Source of the DNA: Takakia lepidozioides
Lineage: Eukaryota; Plantae; Bryophyta
Direction of reading: 5' to 3'
Length of the DNA stretch: 64,000 nucleotides
NCBI GenBank assembly: GCA_030704615.1
Contig: CM060732.1
Coordinates: forward strand, 47,616,001 to 47,680,000
Below are positions 34,859 through 48,524 of this stretch, in pieces (position 1 is the stretch's first letter; the number at the start of each line of letters is the position of its first letter). Below the pieces are notes generated by a model that made no database searches, had not been told where the DNA came from, and saw nothing but the letters and a program-made list of their open reading frames with translations. A program made the translations under genes and the position numbers.

Positions 34859-37800
34859 ATGTATCATATCAAAAGCTTGGCTCCTCGGAGCACTTTAATG
34901 GAACTGCTAGAATCCATCAAAGCACAAGATGACAACCGGAGGGACGTTCCTCCTGCCCTTCCACAACGGCCAATATCAAAAGCTCGGTTGCCATCAGCTG
35001 TGCGAACAAAAGGTTCTTCCGTTCAAAGTCCTTGCTCTGATGCCACCAACTTGTCCAGTGAGAGCTCTTCCATCACTGATGGAATATGTATCACAGCTAG
35101 GAAGATCCCCAATATATCTGGTGATATACCCACCCCGCATGGCAGTAGTCAAATTGCAGTTGGTGGTTTGCCTATCATTCCTGGTGCTAACATGGCATCT
35201 TCCAAAGCTTCTACTGAGACAGACCCTGCAGAATTTTCCAACTCTCCAACTGTAATAACTGCTAGCAACACAAAGACAGATTTCATGGAAGAAATGGATA
35301 GCATTGCACCATGCAACAGCAGGAGCCATGTGATTGTATCTGATCAAATCACCAGGACCACATCTTCTGGGTTGTGGTTACATGATAATTCAAGTTCCAG
35401 TTTCCACGCTTCACCACAGAAATTGACCACTGCAACGTCTGCTTCAAGAGCCAAGTGGAAGGAGGACGTGACATTCGGTTTGAAAAAGGTGCCATCCCTG
35501 TACTAGTGCTCGAGAGTTTCCAAAGTGCTCTCTCCGATCTTTGGTTTGATATGTGAGTCAAAGAAACTACATTGTTTCAAGATGCATTGGTGGGGAACAT
35601 GTAACATTGGGCTTTTTGTATGTTTTGCAGAATTCACGCGTGTGGTGCTTGACTTCTGAAAGCAAATGGGTGTTGGGACTGATCCAGTCAGCAGGAGATG
35701 CAGAGTCAGTGATTTGTACTGCTGACGGTCAAGTATGAACTGCAATCATGAGTGTATATTTCAACAATTTAGTTCTTTGCTGGTGCTTTCAGATTGCTTT
35801 TGGATGTGAGTATATATGAGTCCATTTAACAGTGATTTATTTCCAGATTATCAAAGCAACTACAGGCAAGCTACTACCTGCAAATCCTGACATCCTTGAA
35901 GGAGTGGATGACCTTATCCAGCTTAGCTACCTCAACGAGCCTTCAGTTCTTCATAATCTTGCTTATCGATATGCGCAGGACACAATTTATGTGAGGGTCA
36001 TTGTTTCTCTTGGTACTGAATTGGATCTGTTTTATCTGTATCCCCTTATTTTAATTTGAATTAAACATATACCCAATCAGTGAGGTCCTTTTGGCACAGG
36101 ATGATCTGAATATCCAAAATCAGTTTCTCTCATTATGTGGTCATGTGGTGCTGATAGTTGTCTATGTGCTTGTGTGTCAACTGTGCAGACAAGAGCTGGC
36201 CCTGTTCTAATAGCGGTTAATCCTTTCAAAGAGGTCCCAATATATGGTTATGATTTTATTGGAGCCTACCGGAAACGGACCAGAGAGAGCTTGCACCCAC
36301 ATGTGTACATGACGGCTGACAGTGCCTATGGAGCACTGGTTAGAGGTATATCTGTGCTTTACATCCCAACTTGATGCTGCTGTGGGATACCAATTAAGGC
36401 TGCAATGCATTTGTTGGGAGATTGATCTAATCATATATAGAAATTAGCTTGAATGTACAGCCAATGTAGCATACTGAGAGAAACTTAACGCAGGATCAGT
36501 CATTTTAAGGCATGTGTATACAAAATCTGAAAATTTTAAAAGGTGCTTCTGTGTGTTGTGTAGATGGAGTGAATCAGTCCATTATCATCAGGTGGTTATT
36601 CTGTTTGTCAGCTCTTTTCTTCTGCTGCAGAACCTTTGTTATCATGGACTCTCTTGATTTTAGCTCCCGATGGTTGATTAGGGAAGTTGTTTTACTTTTT
36701 CCAAAAGAATAATGACCTCACCTGTAGCAGGTTAGTCTTTTGTTGACCCCCTTGTAGACCACTCCTTTGAAGTTAGTTATAACAACTGGGCATTGTTAGC
36801 GTGAAAAATGTTGGCAGTGTTAAATCATCAGCACAGTTGCTTGTTTAACTACTTGTACAAAGAATTAAGTATTTGAAATGTAGCTGCTCCAGTAACTGCT
36901 TCACTTGGGTAGGGGGCTAGCTATGGAAAACTTTTGGTTTTGCTGCTGGTTTGAATTCATGAGCACTATGTCAATTGTGAGGCAATATGTAACATGTGAG
37001 ATCTCCCCTAGTCTCAAAGATGGAATGTTATGAAGTGGGTGTGCTGCTTTTCAAGATCATCTGCTCACCACAGGTATCACTACCTGTTCTTCCTTTACTT
37101 GAAGAGCAAGCAAGAGAGATTCACATACATCTCGTTTCAGTGGTGAGAGTGGTGCAGGAAAGACTGAAACAGCAAAGATTGCAATGCAGTATTTGGCTGC
37201 ACTCGGCGGTGGTGGGTTTGAAGATGATATTTTGCAGACCAATCCAATCTTAGAAGCATTCGGCAATGCCAAAACACTGAAAAATGACAACTCGAGTCGC
37301 TTTGTAAGCGCTAATATAGAATTGGTTAAGTATTGTTTGAAGACGAAAAGAAGTTTGCAAGTGACTTTCGTGGTGCTGTTCTATAGATGTGTGACTGGTG
37401 ACAACCAACAGAGAGTTTCCCATGAGGTGTGATTGCTTAGCATAGGACCACAACATGAAATATTTTTTATTGAAGTCAGCAAATTTGCAAGTTTTGGTGT
37501 ATGTATCACAGCGCTCTCTAAGTTTTTGTTTGTTGCACAGGGGAAGTTGATTGACATTCATTTTGATAAATCTTGGAAGATCTGTGGGGCAAAGATTCAA
37601 ACTTGTGAGTCCCATGCAAGCTATTCTTTTTGCTGCTGCTGTGCTTGTGTCTAGCTTGTCTTGGAATCAGCAGCCCATTGCCTGTCACATTGTCATCATT
37701 TGAGGTCCTTATTCTACAAGTTTCTAACTGTGGCAATCATGTTGACCTGGATATATTGGACCTGTTCGCCGCTTCTGGTCGTGAGAAGACTTGCTTGAAA

Positions 37801-40800
37801 AGGTTAGTTATGCCCTTGGTGGACTTATTGCAAGTTTGTTGTGGAATGAGGTAGTCCAGAGAATCTGCAAGGACTTAGTTGCTTGGGGCCAATCTTTGGT
37901 CATGAATTGTGAAGTACATGGACTTCGGGATTGGTTATGATGGACTGAGTCTTATTTAGAAGCAGGTTGTTGTGAAAGGTGACAGAGATGAAGTTCGAGA
38001 GCTCCTGGCATGTACTAATGAATAATCCATGATAGTATGACTCCATGTTCTATGGACCCATAGTGTAAACATGCTGATACTTTTTGCAATTTTCTTTGCT
38101 TATTGTGGATTTTGCTTTGTTTTGGTCACAGTCAAGAGTTGTACAGCAGGCAAAAGGCGAACGATCTTATCACATTTTCTATCAGCTATGTACCGGGGCT
38201 GATTTGGCTTTGCGAGGTAGCCTTCTGCTGTTCATTTCATTTTTTACTTCTCTGGATGATCATTTGGAAATGGCTCACCAGACTAATGTACAGTATGTAT
38301 GATTCCGGTGCTTACTACAGACATCCTCTGATATTGACGGCGCTTTGTAATAACTATCTAGTAGATGTTGAGCCGATCATTTGCCAAATAACTGATGCTG
38401 CAGAGCGTGTGAAGCTGAGATCTGCTGTGGACTTTCACTATCTGAATCAAAGCAACTGTATGACTATTGATAATGTTGATGACGCCGAGCAATTTCGCAT
38501 CATGAGGGTTGGTACCTCACTTAGTGCAAATGTATCGAACTTGTAGTGTGCCTGTAGATCTTTGTACAGCACGCATCTTCATTTTCCAAGGAGGTGCAAT
38601 GAATTCCATGGCCAAGCTTCTCAATATGATCGGCACAAAGGGTCATGCTGATGAATTATGTCAATAGATCACAAATTGGTAAACTGTAACCACAATCAAA
38701 AGGCCTGAGAAGGGAATCCACTATCGAGGTAGTTGAGCTCACTTAGTTTCTTTCTTTTGTCATGCAAGGGTTTACCTTGATTCCTGCACTGGGAAGCATT
38801 GCTGAGGGCCAATCAGACGTCTCTCTGGCTCTCTGGTGGCCTTTTCTGAAAGCAATATCTTGTTTTACTCTAAGATATTTGAGTACCGTGTCTGTGAGGT
38901 TGGTATGGTCCTCAGAAAGAGATCGCTGCTATGTGCAACTTGGTTATGCAGACAGCAATGAATGTTATGCAAATCAGCGAGGAGGACCAGGAGGCTGCTT
39001 TCGAAATGCTTTCAGCTGTTTTGTGGCTTGGCAACATCACTTTCTCTGTTGTTGAGCATGAGAATCATGTAATTGTCAATGATAATGATGGTGAGCATGG
39101 AGGCAACATTTTATATATTGTACTCTATAATGCTGCTGCTTCTCACTGATAAGTGTGGAAGGGGAAGTGGCTCTTATTTACACTTGCTTCGACCAGAGTG
39201 TTCTCTCTCTATTTTCCTAAAATGTTGGCATATATGGTAAGCATGATGTGGATCTATGGAGAACGGTCAACTTTGTTTGGTTGCCACTACACTGTGCTAG
39301 TGTTCTTATAATTGAGGTGTGCATTCAAGCAGCGGTGAAAATAGCTGCAACATTGCTGCATTGCAAGGCCAGCAAGCTCATAGCAGCGCTTTCCACACGC
39401 AAGATCCGTGCAGGGAGTGAGGATATTGTGCAAAGGCTAACTTATTCTCAGGTACCAGCACTTTTTCCTTTATGTTGAAGCTCGGTATGCAAAGATGGGG
39501 TTTGGTGATATAGCCAAGTAAATACTGATTGTTAGGGTTAGAGGTTCGTCATGGTTATGTGCTGTCATGCAGGCAACTGATTCAAGGGATGCTCTTGCTA
39601 AAGCCATCTATGCAAGCCTATTCGATTGGTTGGTAGATCTCATCAACACCTCATTAGAAGTTGGCAAACAGCGCACAGGCAAATCCATAAGCATTCTGGA
39701 CATTTATGGCTTTGAGACATTCAAAGTGAGTTGACTGACCCTACAATATACGTTGCAGTCAGGGTCATGAGGTGGATGCATATGTGCTGGGCTTACATAC
39801 CTGAAGGATCCATGTTGAAACCTGGTTAACTAATGCCGTGTGTAGTTTCATGAAGTCGTATAGGAGGTCTATTTGTGAAAGTATCAACTTTCTCTGGGTT
39901 TTGTTCCAGCCCCCATGCCCTTCATTCCTGCATCAGGAAGTCCATATTTCTGTGAGGATTTTTTTTTTTCTGTTCCTTTTCCATGTGGACTGGCTTCAGC
40001 TGCAACTTCGTGGTTATGATGTTGAACACAGAAAAACAGTTTTGAGCAGTTTTGTATCAACTATGCAAATGAAAGGTTGCAGCAGCACTTCAACCACCAT
40101 CTTTTCAAGCTTGAACAAGAGGTATGGCAGAATGCTATTGAGACTTGCCTTTTATCTGTTGGCCTTCCCTCTGGGGTATGTCCAAATTTCACTCAAACTC
40201 TCTACAATTTGCAGGAGTATATGGCTGAGTGCATTGATTGGACAAGAGTGGACTTCGAAGACAATCAAGAGTGCCTTGATCTTATTGAGAAGGTGATGTC
40301 CTTCCTCTCTGTGTAAATGGTTTTATTATCCACGATTGAAGATTGATAGTTCATGGGTTGTCTGTAACCTATGTAGTAGTCAGGAAAGATTCTTCGATAA
40401 CCATGTAGGTTCTGTCAAGAAAGGATACTGACATGTCACCCTTGTGCTGACTGCACTTCATTATAAACCATTGAACATAACCACTTCTCAGTAGGATCCC
40501 GACATTTGGGATTGGCTGCCTCAACTTGAGCATATGTTTATCAAATTGTAATGACCTAGTGGATAAATACTAAGAGAGCATGGTTGTGGTAGATTGCAGA
40601 GACCACTAGGTCTCATTTCATTGCTGGACGAGGAGTGCACATTTCCAAGAGCCACTGATGTTACGTTTGCCAACAAGCTGCAGGAGCACTTGAAGTGTAA
40701 TGCATGCTTCAAAGGGGAAAAAAGCAGGGCATTTCGGATTTTTCACTATGCCGGGGAGGTATTAGATTATCCTTCAACTTCTGCAGTTGCATTGAGCAAC

Positions 40801-43800
40801 TTTTGTACATTATGATGTATAGATTACATCTCATGCAACTCCTAATGCAATATCAAATGGCTCATGAGAAGCCACCCCTGTATAATGGCTTTCATATAGA
40901 TGTGAGACTGTGATCTGGATGTACCCAGGGGGGCAATTTGATGTTTATTAGTTGTTTTTATCATGATTGAGATATCTCTATATTATGGCATTCTTTTCGA
41001 GAAATTTTACCTCTCGACCGAACTTTTCCCAAAAGTGTTGGAGAGCGAATAGAGAAGGTTAGAACAGGAAGAGACAGTCTCCATGCATAAAAGAATCAAA
41101 CCTCTTGAATTACTGGGTTCTATGCTGCAGTCTGTTTTCATCATTACGATCATCCAGGGCCATCTCCACATGGGTTCTACAACCACCTGAGTGGTATATT
41201 TGCAGTAGGCACCTGTTGACAGCAGTGCCATCATGACGTGTAGTTACACCCCTCTACCCATCAGAATGAACTCTAAGCAAAAGTCTCTGATGCAGGTGGT
41301 GTATGAGACAACTGGGTTTTTAGAAAAGAACAGGGACTTGCTGCATTGGGATCTGCTACAGCTACTGGCAACCTGTGACTGCTCATTGCCACAGCTCTTT
41401 GCGGCCTCTATTGGAGAGGGTGTGCTCAGTCCTGCACGGCGGATGAATGGCACTGAATCCCTAAAGCAAAGTGTGGCAGCAAAGTTCAAGGTAGACTCTT
41501 GGTTGGTTCACCATGTCATTCTTGCTGTCCATTGATAGGGACTTTGTTCCAAGCGGTGTTAAAGTGTCTGAATGTTTTTCTCTACCAGTTTCAATGTGGG
41601 ATCTTGCACATGCCGCCCAGATGGGTGTCAAAAGGTTCTGATAGATGGGAAAACGGTTGCTTGTGGAAGTCTATCTCTAAACAATTGTTGGGAAGTCATG
41701 TTGTTGCTTCTCCAGTGTGATCTCAGTGTCGTTTCCTCAACAACTATCTGCTAGAGGATCTTGTGATTAAATTCCTTTGACTCTCAGCATCTTGTGGGTG
41801 GTGCAGGGCCAATTAAATAAGCTGATGCAGAGACTGGAGAGCACAGAGCCGCATTTTATAAGGTGCATAAAGCCCAACAAACTGCAGCTCCCAAGTACCT
41901 TTGGGCAAGAGCTGGTTCTGCAGCAGCTACGATGTTGTGGGGTCCTGGAAGTGGTCCGTATCTCGCGCTCTGGCTACCCCACCCGCCAATTCCAAGACGA
42001 GTTCGCCGAGAGGTCATTTTGCCTTCCACCTGTATCTCAAGCATGCAAGTGTGAACCCAAGGCCTGTGTGGTCATTGATTGTCTACTAGGAAGTCTGTCA
42101 GCTATTGCCCTCACCTGCCAGCAAGCTCCTGTGTGAAAGCAACACCCCTTCGTCCTAATGCTGTGTAACTTGTGAGCTAGCTTAAATAGTGGCTAGCATG
42201 AGGATTGCAATCCTTTATTGGTTCTCTTTTGGTTGGTCCAGACCCGGACATCTTGGAAAGCTTTCGTAGTGGCCAACTTGGAATGCAGGTACGGGCTCTT
42301 ACTTCCAAAAAAATTAGCAGCCCAGCAGGATACGTTGAGTGTGTGTGTTGCAATTTTGCACGAGTTTGGTGTTGCTCAAGAAATGTACCAAGTTGGTCTC
42401 ACGAAGCTGTTTTTTCGGGCTGGACAGGTATCTTCACCACCTTAACAAGTTATGCTAGCTGCTGTCCCCCTCACTCAGACATGAAAACACTCACATCTTG
42501 GGATGTGCTTGTATCAGCCAAATCATAAACATTTGGAGGGAAATTCTCAGTCAGTAAACTGCTCGTAGTAAAGAGGAAATCCGTTCCATGGGGCAAGGAT
42601 CTGCTTTATCCATTGTGTTCATGCCTTCGTCTCAAGCAGTACAGTTGAGAGCATGTAGTGATTTGATTGACATCTTGTGGTACCTCTCCCCACTGGCATA
42701 TTTGATTTCGGAGATGATGCATAGAAGTGTGCTCCAGTTGGTCAAGGCTGTTGTGGTGGCCTCTTAAGCTCTGTATGCCCAGTGTTTTCTTTTGTGCTAT
42801 CCCTCTATCCTACACATTATGATTGCATTTATCTGATGAAGTAGTTCTTTTTGCATGGTGGTAGCTTGAAGACTCTTTATTTTCTTGAATTTTGAATCCA
42901 AGTTATGTGGAGGTTCTCATGCAGATAGGAATGCTGGAGGATCTGAGGCTGCGAACTCTTCATTGCATTATTGGTGTGCAAAGCCAGTACAGGAGCTACA
43001 AGGTTCGGTGCCAGTTTATTCAGCTGCGAAAAGTGACAATATTCTTACAAGCTTGTAAGCTTCGTCACGTGAGTCGCTTCATCTTGGATCATAAAAGAAG
43101 TGGGGTATGCAGGAAATGAGAGACGCTGAGGAAATTGAGCGCTAGTAGGAACATGCAAGTCTCATAGGATGGCAGGAGGGACATAAACTGCTGTAGTCAT
43201 AACCTTTAGGGATCATTTGACATTGCATATAGCTGACTCATTATCGGGTGTTGTTCTTAACAAAAGAGTGAGTGGTCATGGGCATGGATAGTGGTGAGAG
43301 GAGCACAAGCAAGGTGGCAATATGAGGAACTATTGCAGAGACACAAGGCAGGTGTGATCATTCAAAAGTATATGAGAAGGCATAGAGTGCGCTGCAGCTA
43401 CCTTTCAAGGAGGAAGATGGTGGTGTTAGTGCAAACAGGTATTGAACTTCCCCCCGTTTGAGGCCCAATAACTCATTTATCTTCCATTTCACACTAGTTA
43501 GTATTGTGATTGCATGTCTCCAACTTAGCTCTAAACTCACTAGAGGTTAGAGGAGATACAAATACTCAAGGTAATTGTGTGAGAGAAAAAGCAAGGAAAG
43601 AAAACAAGTAAAGTAGGAGGGGAATGTAGCCCCTTTGATATTTCCTTGTATCAAAGTTAGAAGTAAGTGAGACGTGGGTATGAAGGATTTGAGTCTTTAG
43701 CTACCCCTTAGGAGGAAGAGGCTATGGAAGTTTCATCACGTCCTTGAGAGACCCCAAAAGCTTCCGGAAGCTCCTCACCTCTTAAGAGCTTTCTGGAAGC

Positions 43801-46800
43801 TCCTAAGCAAGAAGCTTCTACAAGCTCCTTCAAAGCTAGCTAAATTATGCAGGGTAAACAAGGGGTTGAGCTGCCCTATTTCTCCACACTCCCACTCAGG
43901 GAAGTACCCTTGTGCGTTAGACTCAGTACTTCTCTCAGATGTTCAGATTGAGGTTTAGCAATAGCATTTGTAAGATTGTTTCCTATCGTATCACTAGTTG
44001 GACAATGAACGACAGATACTTCTTGACTTTCTACTTTCTCTCTAACAAAATGATGTCGCACATCTATATGTTTGCCACGCATCTCGCGATTCTTAGTTAT
44101 TACTATGCATCCTTGACTGTCCTCAAATAATTTTGTTGTGGATTGTTGAGCATATCCCAACTCTTGTGGGAGTCCTCGTAGCCATACTGCCTCCTAAGAT
44201 GCCACCGATCCCGCCAAGTATTCTGCCTCTGTTGTCGATAGTGCCACTGTTGGTTGCTTTCTGCTATTCCAACTTATAGGTGCTTCGCAAAGCATGAATA
44301 CGTATCCCGTAGTAGACCTCCTGTTATCTAAATCACCTGTCCAATCGACATTGGTGAATCCTACGAGTGATGTAGCATTCTGCTCCTTCAACCAAATACA
44401 ATACCATGTTTTTAGTACCTTAATGTATCGAAAAATTCACACAACTGCTTGCCAATGTGTAGGCCACAGGTTTTCCAAAAACCTGCTAACTGTTCCCACT
44501 GCTACTGCAATATCCGGTTGTGTTCCTGTAGCCAAATATATAAAACACCCTACTACCTCTCTACACGGCACATCACGCGTAGTCTCTCTATCTTCCTTGG
44601 TTTTTGCCTCAAGTTCCTTGGATAGTCTTGGTCCAGGCTCCATGTATGATTATTTGTTGTCCTACATCTGCCGCACGACTAAGGGAAAACAAGCTCCTTC
44701 CCAATGGAGGAACATGGAGTACCCATTTGGTAATCTTCTCCGTTAGACCATCATTGGTCTCAATCATGGCTTTAATGTTTACACAGCCAATTACCTCAAT
44801 CCACCTCCCGCGCTCAACAATCTTTACCTCCAATGGATCTATTACCTTGTAATTCATCATCCACTCTTTGTTATGTGACATGTGGTCCGTAGTTCCGGAG
44901 TCCAGTATGCACTTGTCACCTTTTTGGTGTCCATCTCTCAAAGAAATCAATAAAGCCTAGTGTGTGATCATCACCATTTAGACCTGCAACATTGGCTTCA
45001 TTTTGTGTAGCTTGGTTTTTCCGCTCCTCTTTCTTGTCTTCTCCTTCGCATTGAGAAGCATAATGACCAAGCTCTCCTCACTTAAATCATTTGATTTTGC
45101 TCGTCTTTGGATTGGCCCTTGAATTTTGACATTCCTCTGGTTCCTTGTTCTTCATCGAACTCAGTCTCATACTTGATTTCTCCTTCACTTTTTTTTCTTT
45201 TGTTGCCTCACGAATTAATCTCTGCTCAAGATATCTCATCTCAAGTGCATCTCCTCCCATTTACTCAACAGTGAGTCTTAGGGTATTACAAGATTTCGGC
45301 AACTTCTAAGAAGAATCATACAAAGTAGATCATCTTGTATTGAACTTCCTGCTGATGCTAATGGCTTTGCAGATTATGTGAAACTTACTTATATGTTTTC
45401 CATATCACTCACTGCCGTACTAGTAGAAAGGAGATTGGAGAACAAGAATATATTGCTAGCTACCCTTTTCCCTTCAAATTTGGCTTTAAGCATTTCCCAT
45501 GCTTCCCTTGCTGTTTGGGCATTCCACACTTGCTCGACTTGATCAGCAGCTAAACATAAGATGATTGCATTAAGTGCATTTTCAGTTTTCTCTTGAAGTT
45601 CTTCCAAATCCATAATGAGACTATTCACACATCCATCACTACTAGATTCCACCTTTTCTTGAGGGACTTTCTAATGACATCATGCCACAGACCCTTTGAG
45701 TTGGATAAGACTTTGCATCTTTATCTTCCAAATCCCACAATTCTGACCTGTGAATAAGACTTTTGACCCAGAACTCCGTACTCTAGGATTTGGCAAACGA
45801 CACCACCTTGGTTCTACGTGTTGATGCTCCTCTTCGCACCACACTTCCTGGCTGTTCTTCACTTGGTGCTGCCACTGAACACCACACTTCCTAGCTGCTC
45901 TTTCACTTGTTGCTCCAACAAACACCACGCCTCCACCTCTTGACCCTCCTCCTTAGTGCTTTGGCACTTAGTTTCTAATTCTTTCTCTTTGCACGATTAA
46001 CGTCGCAGGCTCATAACCTATTGTGATTACATGTGTCCAGCTTAGTTCTAAACTCGCTAGAGGTTAGAGGAGATCCAAACACTAATTGTAAGAGAGAAAG
46101 CAAGGAGAGAAACAAGGAGAGAATGAAGGGAAGGCAACGGGATTTGAGTCCTTAGCTACCCCTTAGAAGAAAGAGCCTATGGAAGCTTCATCACCTCCTT
46201 GAGAGACCCTAAAAGCTTCCGGAAGCTTCTCATCTCTTAAGAGCTTTCTAGAAGCTTCTAGAAGCTGCAGCATCGCTCATAACTGATAAATCTTGAGACT
46301 TGGCAGTTGTCCGGAGCTGGTTGGCTCGAAGACAGGCAATTGCCCATCACCTGTACGTAGGAAAGTTACCAGCTGTTGAAGGTGCTGTACATGAAGCTGC
46401 TCCAGCAGAAGAGGAGGCTGTTCTACAAGTAGAAGTTGATGAAGACCGACATACCTTGGTGGATGTGGACGAGGTGCCCAGTGTCAGTAGTTTTACTTCA
46501 CAAGCCCATCTGTCTGAGAGCTTGGAAGATGAGGTATTATATTTTTCCCTTCCTATGGAACAGGTTTTAGGGTTGTTATGTCTCATGTAATGTGGCAAGT
46601 TGAAATTCGACCATGGAATGGATGGCCAGAGCTAATTAGCTTGGGGGAAGTTGCAGAAGCTGGAGAAGTTCAAGGTGCAACGCTCATATTTACTGGAACT
46701 GCAAAGGCGTGCTGTTATGGCTGAGAAAGCTCTCGAGGAAAAGGAGGAGCACAATGGGGTATTGCGTCACCAACTCCAGCATTACACAGCACAGTGGTTA

Positions 46801-47403
46801 GAGTACGAGGCGAAGATGTCATCTATGGAGGAGATGTGGCAGAAGCAGATGTCTTCGATACAGCTTAGCCTAGCTGCTGCCAAAAAGAGCTTGTCTACAG
46901 ATGAAACTGCATTGCACATTCCCAAAAAGGATGAGGCAGTGAACCTTCATGTCAGCTGTCCCAGGCATCGTGCGTCCAGGTATTTAATGCCCCAAGAGGA
47001 GGGCGACTGTGACTGGGAGGATGAAACCACCATAGGCTGCCTGGAGCACCGGGAGAGTCTGACTCCTCGTATGTATCCACAATCGATGGCCGAGTTTACC
47101 ATGACACGACGAGAGCTTGATGCTGGGCATTCAGTAGTTGGTCATCTCTTTCAAGAGTTCAACCACCGCACCCAGGTGTTCACCGATGATGCTGATTTTC
47201 TTGTGGAAGTGAAGTCAGGTTTGGCAGATGCCAATCTCAATCCAGAAGACGAATATAGAAAGCTGAAGGGCAGGTTTGATACATGGAAGAAAGATTTCAA
47301 AGTGAGATTGCGGGAAACAAGGCTGGTTCTGCAGAAGCTTGGCAACTTGGACTCTGCTGAAAAAAGGAAGAAAATGTGGTGGGGGAAGAGAACTAGCCCA
47401 TGA
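34859..47403 (+). CDS. Class VIII myosin (multi-exon)
   Basis: N-terminus PRSTLMELL...[40 protein letters not shown]-loop [10 protein letters not shown] (37141), [19 protein letters not shown], 14-nt exon YLLEK (37789-37802), [28 protein letters not shown] motifs, coiled coil, and class VIII tail [11 protein letters not shown]...KMWWGK. Confidence 0.93.
43502..46268 (-). mobile_element. Internally deleted Ty1/copia LTR retrotransposon in a myosin intron
   Basis: Similar LTRs at 43502-43888 and 46019-~46268 (the latter truncated). PBS GGTTATGAGCC and PPT TGAGTGGGAG on the minus strand. Degenerate gag ([10 protein letters not shown]), protease (LDSGTTDHM), RT end (PDIAVAV) and RNase H ([15 protein letters not shown]; [12 protein letters not shown]). 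Integrase and most of RT are missing. Confidence 0.92.
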
Positions 47404-48524
47404 CAAGATCTGGCAGATAGTTGCTTGATCAGCAGTCTTATCCTAGATTCACCAACAGTGGCAGAGCTTGTTTGTGTGCTCAGGTTGTTTCAATTTGAGC
47501 TGCTCTCAATCAAGAATGCAGGGTTACTCACAGAGGAGCCATTGTTCTGGAAGCCAGCTCCTCTGGAAGCCAGGAAAGCAACTAGTCCTTAATCAGACAG
47601 TACACTCAACAATTAAGTCAAATTCCCTTGCAGACTGGGCAGTAGCTAACACACAATGTGATTATAATGGGTTCCCAACAAGCTCTTCTTTATTAGGCTG
47701 GGCTACCTAATTTTTTTGACTGCAAGATAGTTGTCATTACATTGGAGCTGGGTATAGGTGTTTCGCGGGTGGGTTATGGTTGTGATTTGTAATTGCAAAC
47801 ACACCCTTCAGGATGGTGGTGGATACCTTCCTTCTTGTACCCAAAACCTGCACGAACACCGTTGAGTGCCAGAACGCCACACAGCACCTCTCTCCAATTT
47901 GGTGCCATGCATGGCCAGCTAAACTCCTCAATTCAGCTCCACTGGGTTTAGTTAAAATGATGATGTGATGTCACCTAAGCTAAACCAAAGGAATTGCACA
48001 GCTGCAATTTCACCTTGGAGACAGGCCATGATACTGATAGAATCTTGACAGTGAAGTACGAAGATGTCAGGTGCAAATTTGCCTTTTACTGCACACAATA
48101 CTTTATCGAGAAACAATCAAGCTCTTCACCGAGGTTATCTGCATTTTGTCACATTTCTCAATTCTGAGACGCTGTAAAACATGGTTGGTCTGTGACCGAT
48201 TTGGATTTCACGAGCCATAACAGTCACACTACTTCGGCTCGGACTGCTTGGGCTGTATACTAGGAAGTAGTGCTGTCCGACACCAGTAGAGTGAACGTTG
48301 TCGTTCACTCAAAGCAAAGTGAATGGAAGTCTTTCTTTCACTGGAAGCAAAACGCAGGATTGTGGAAGCAGCAACCAATCGGTTTCAAGTCAAAGAACAA
48401 ATGGTGGCTTGGGCCCAGCTGCACACACAGTGCGTTGGACGCAAAGCAAGAAGGTATAAAGAGCAGCAGCAGCTAAGGCCAAGAAGTTCAAGCTTCCCGC
48501 ACTGCAAGAGTGCGCACTGCAGCC

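Larger units (their letters stand above)
29203..36931. repeat. Segmental duplication, copy 2
   Basis: Matches 14970-21152 apart from the 30679-33020 insertion and small indels. The left junction is a T9A10 run at 29197-29215. Confidence 0.95.
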
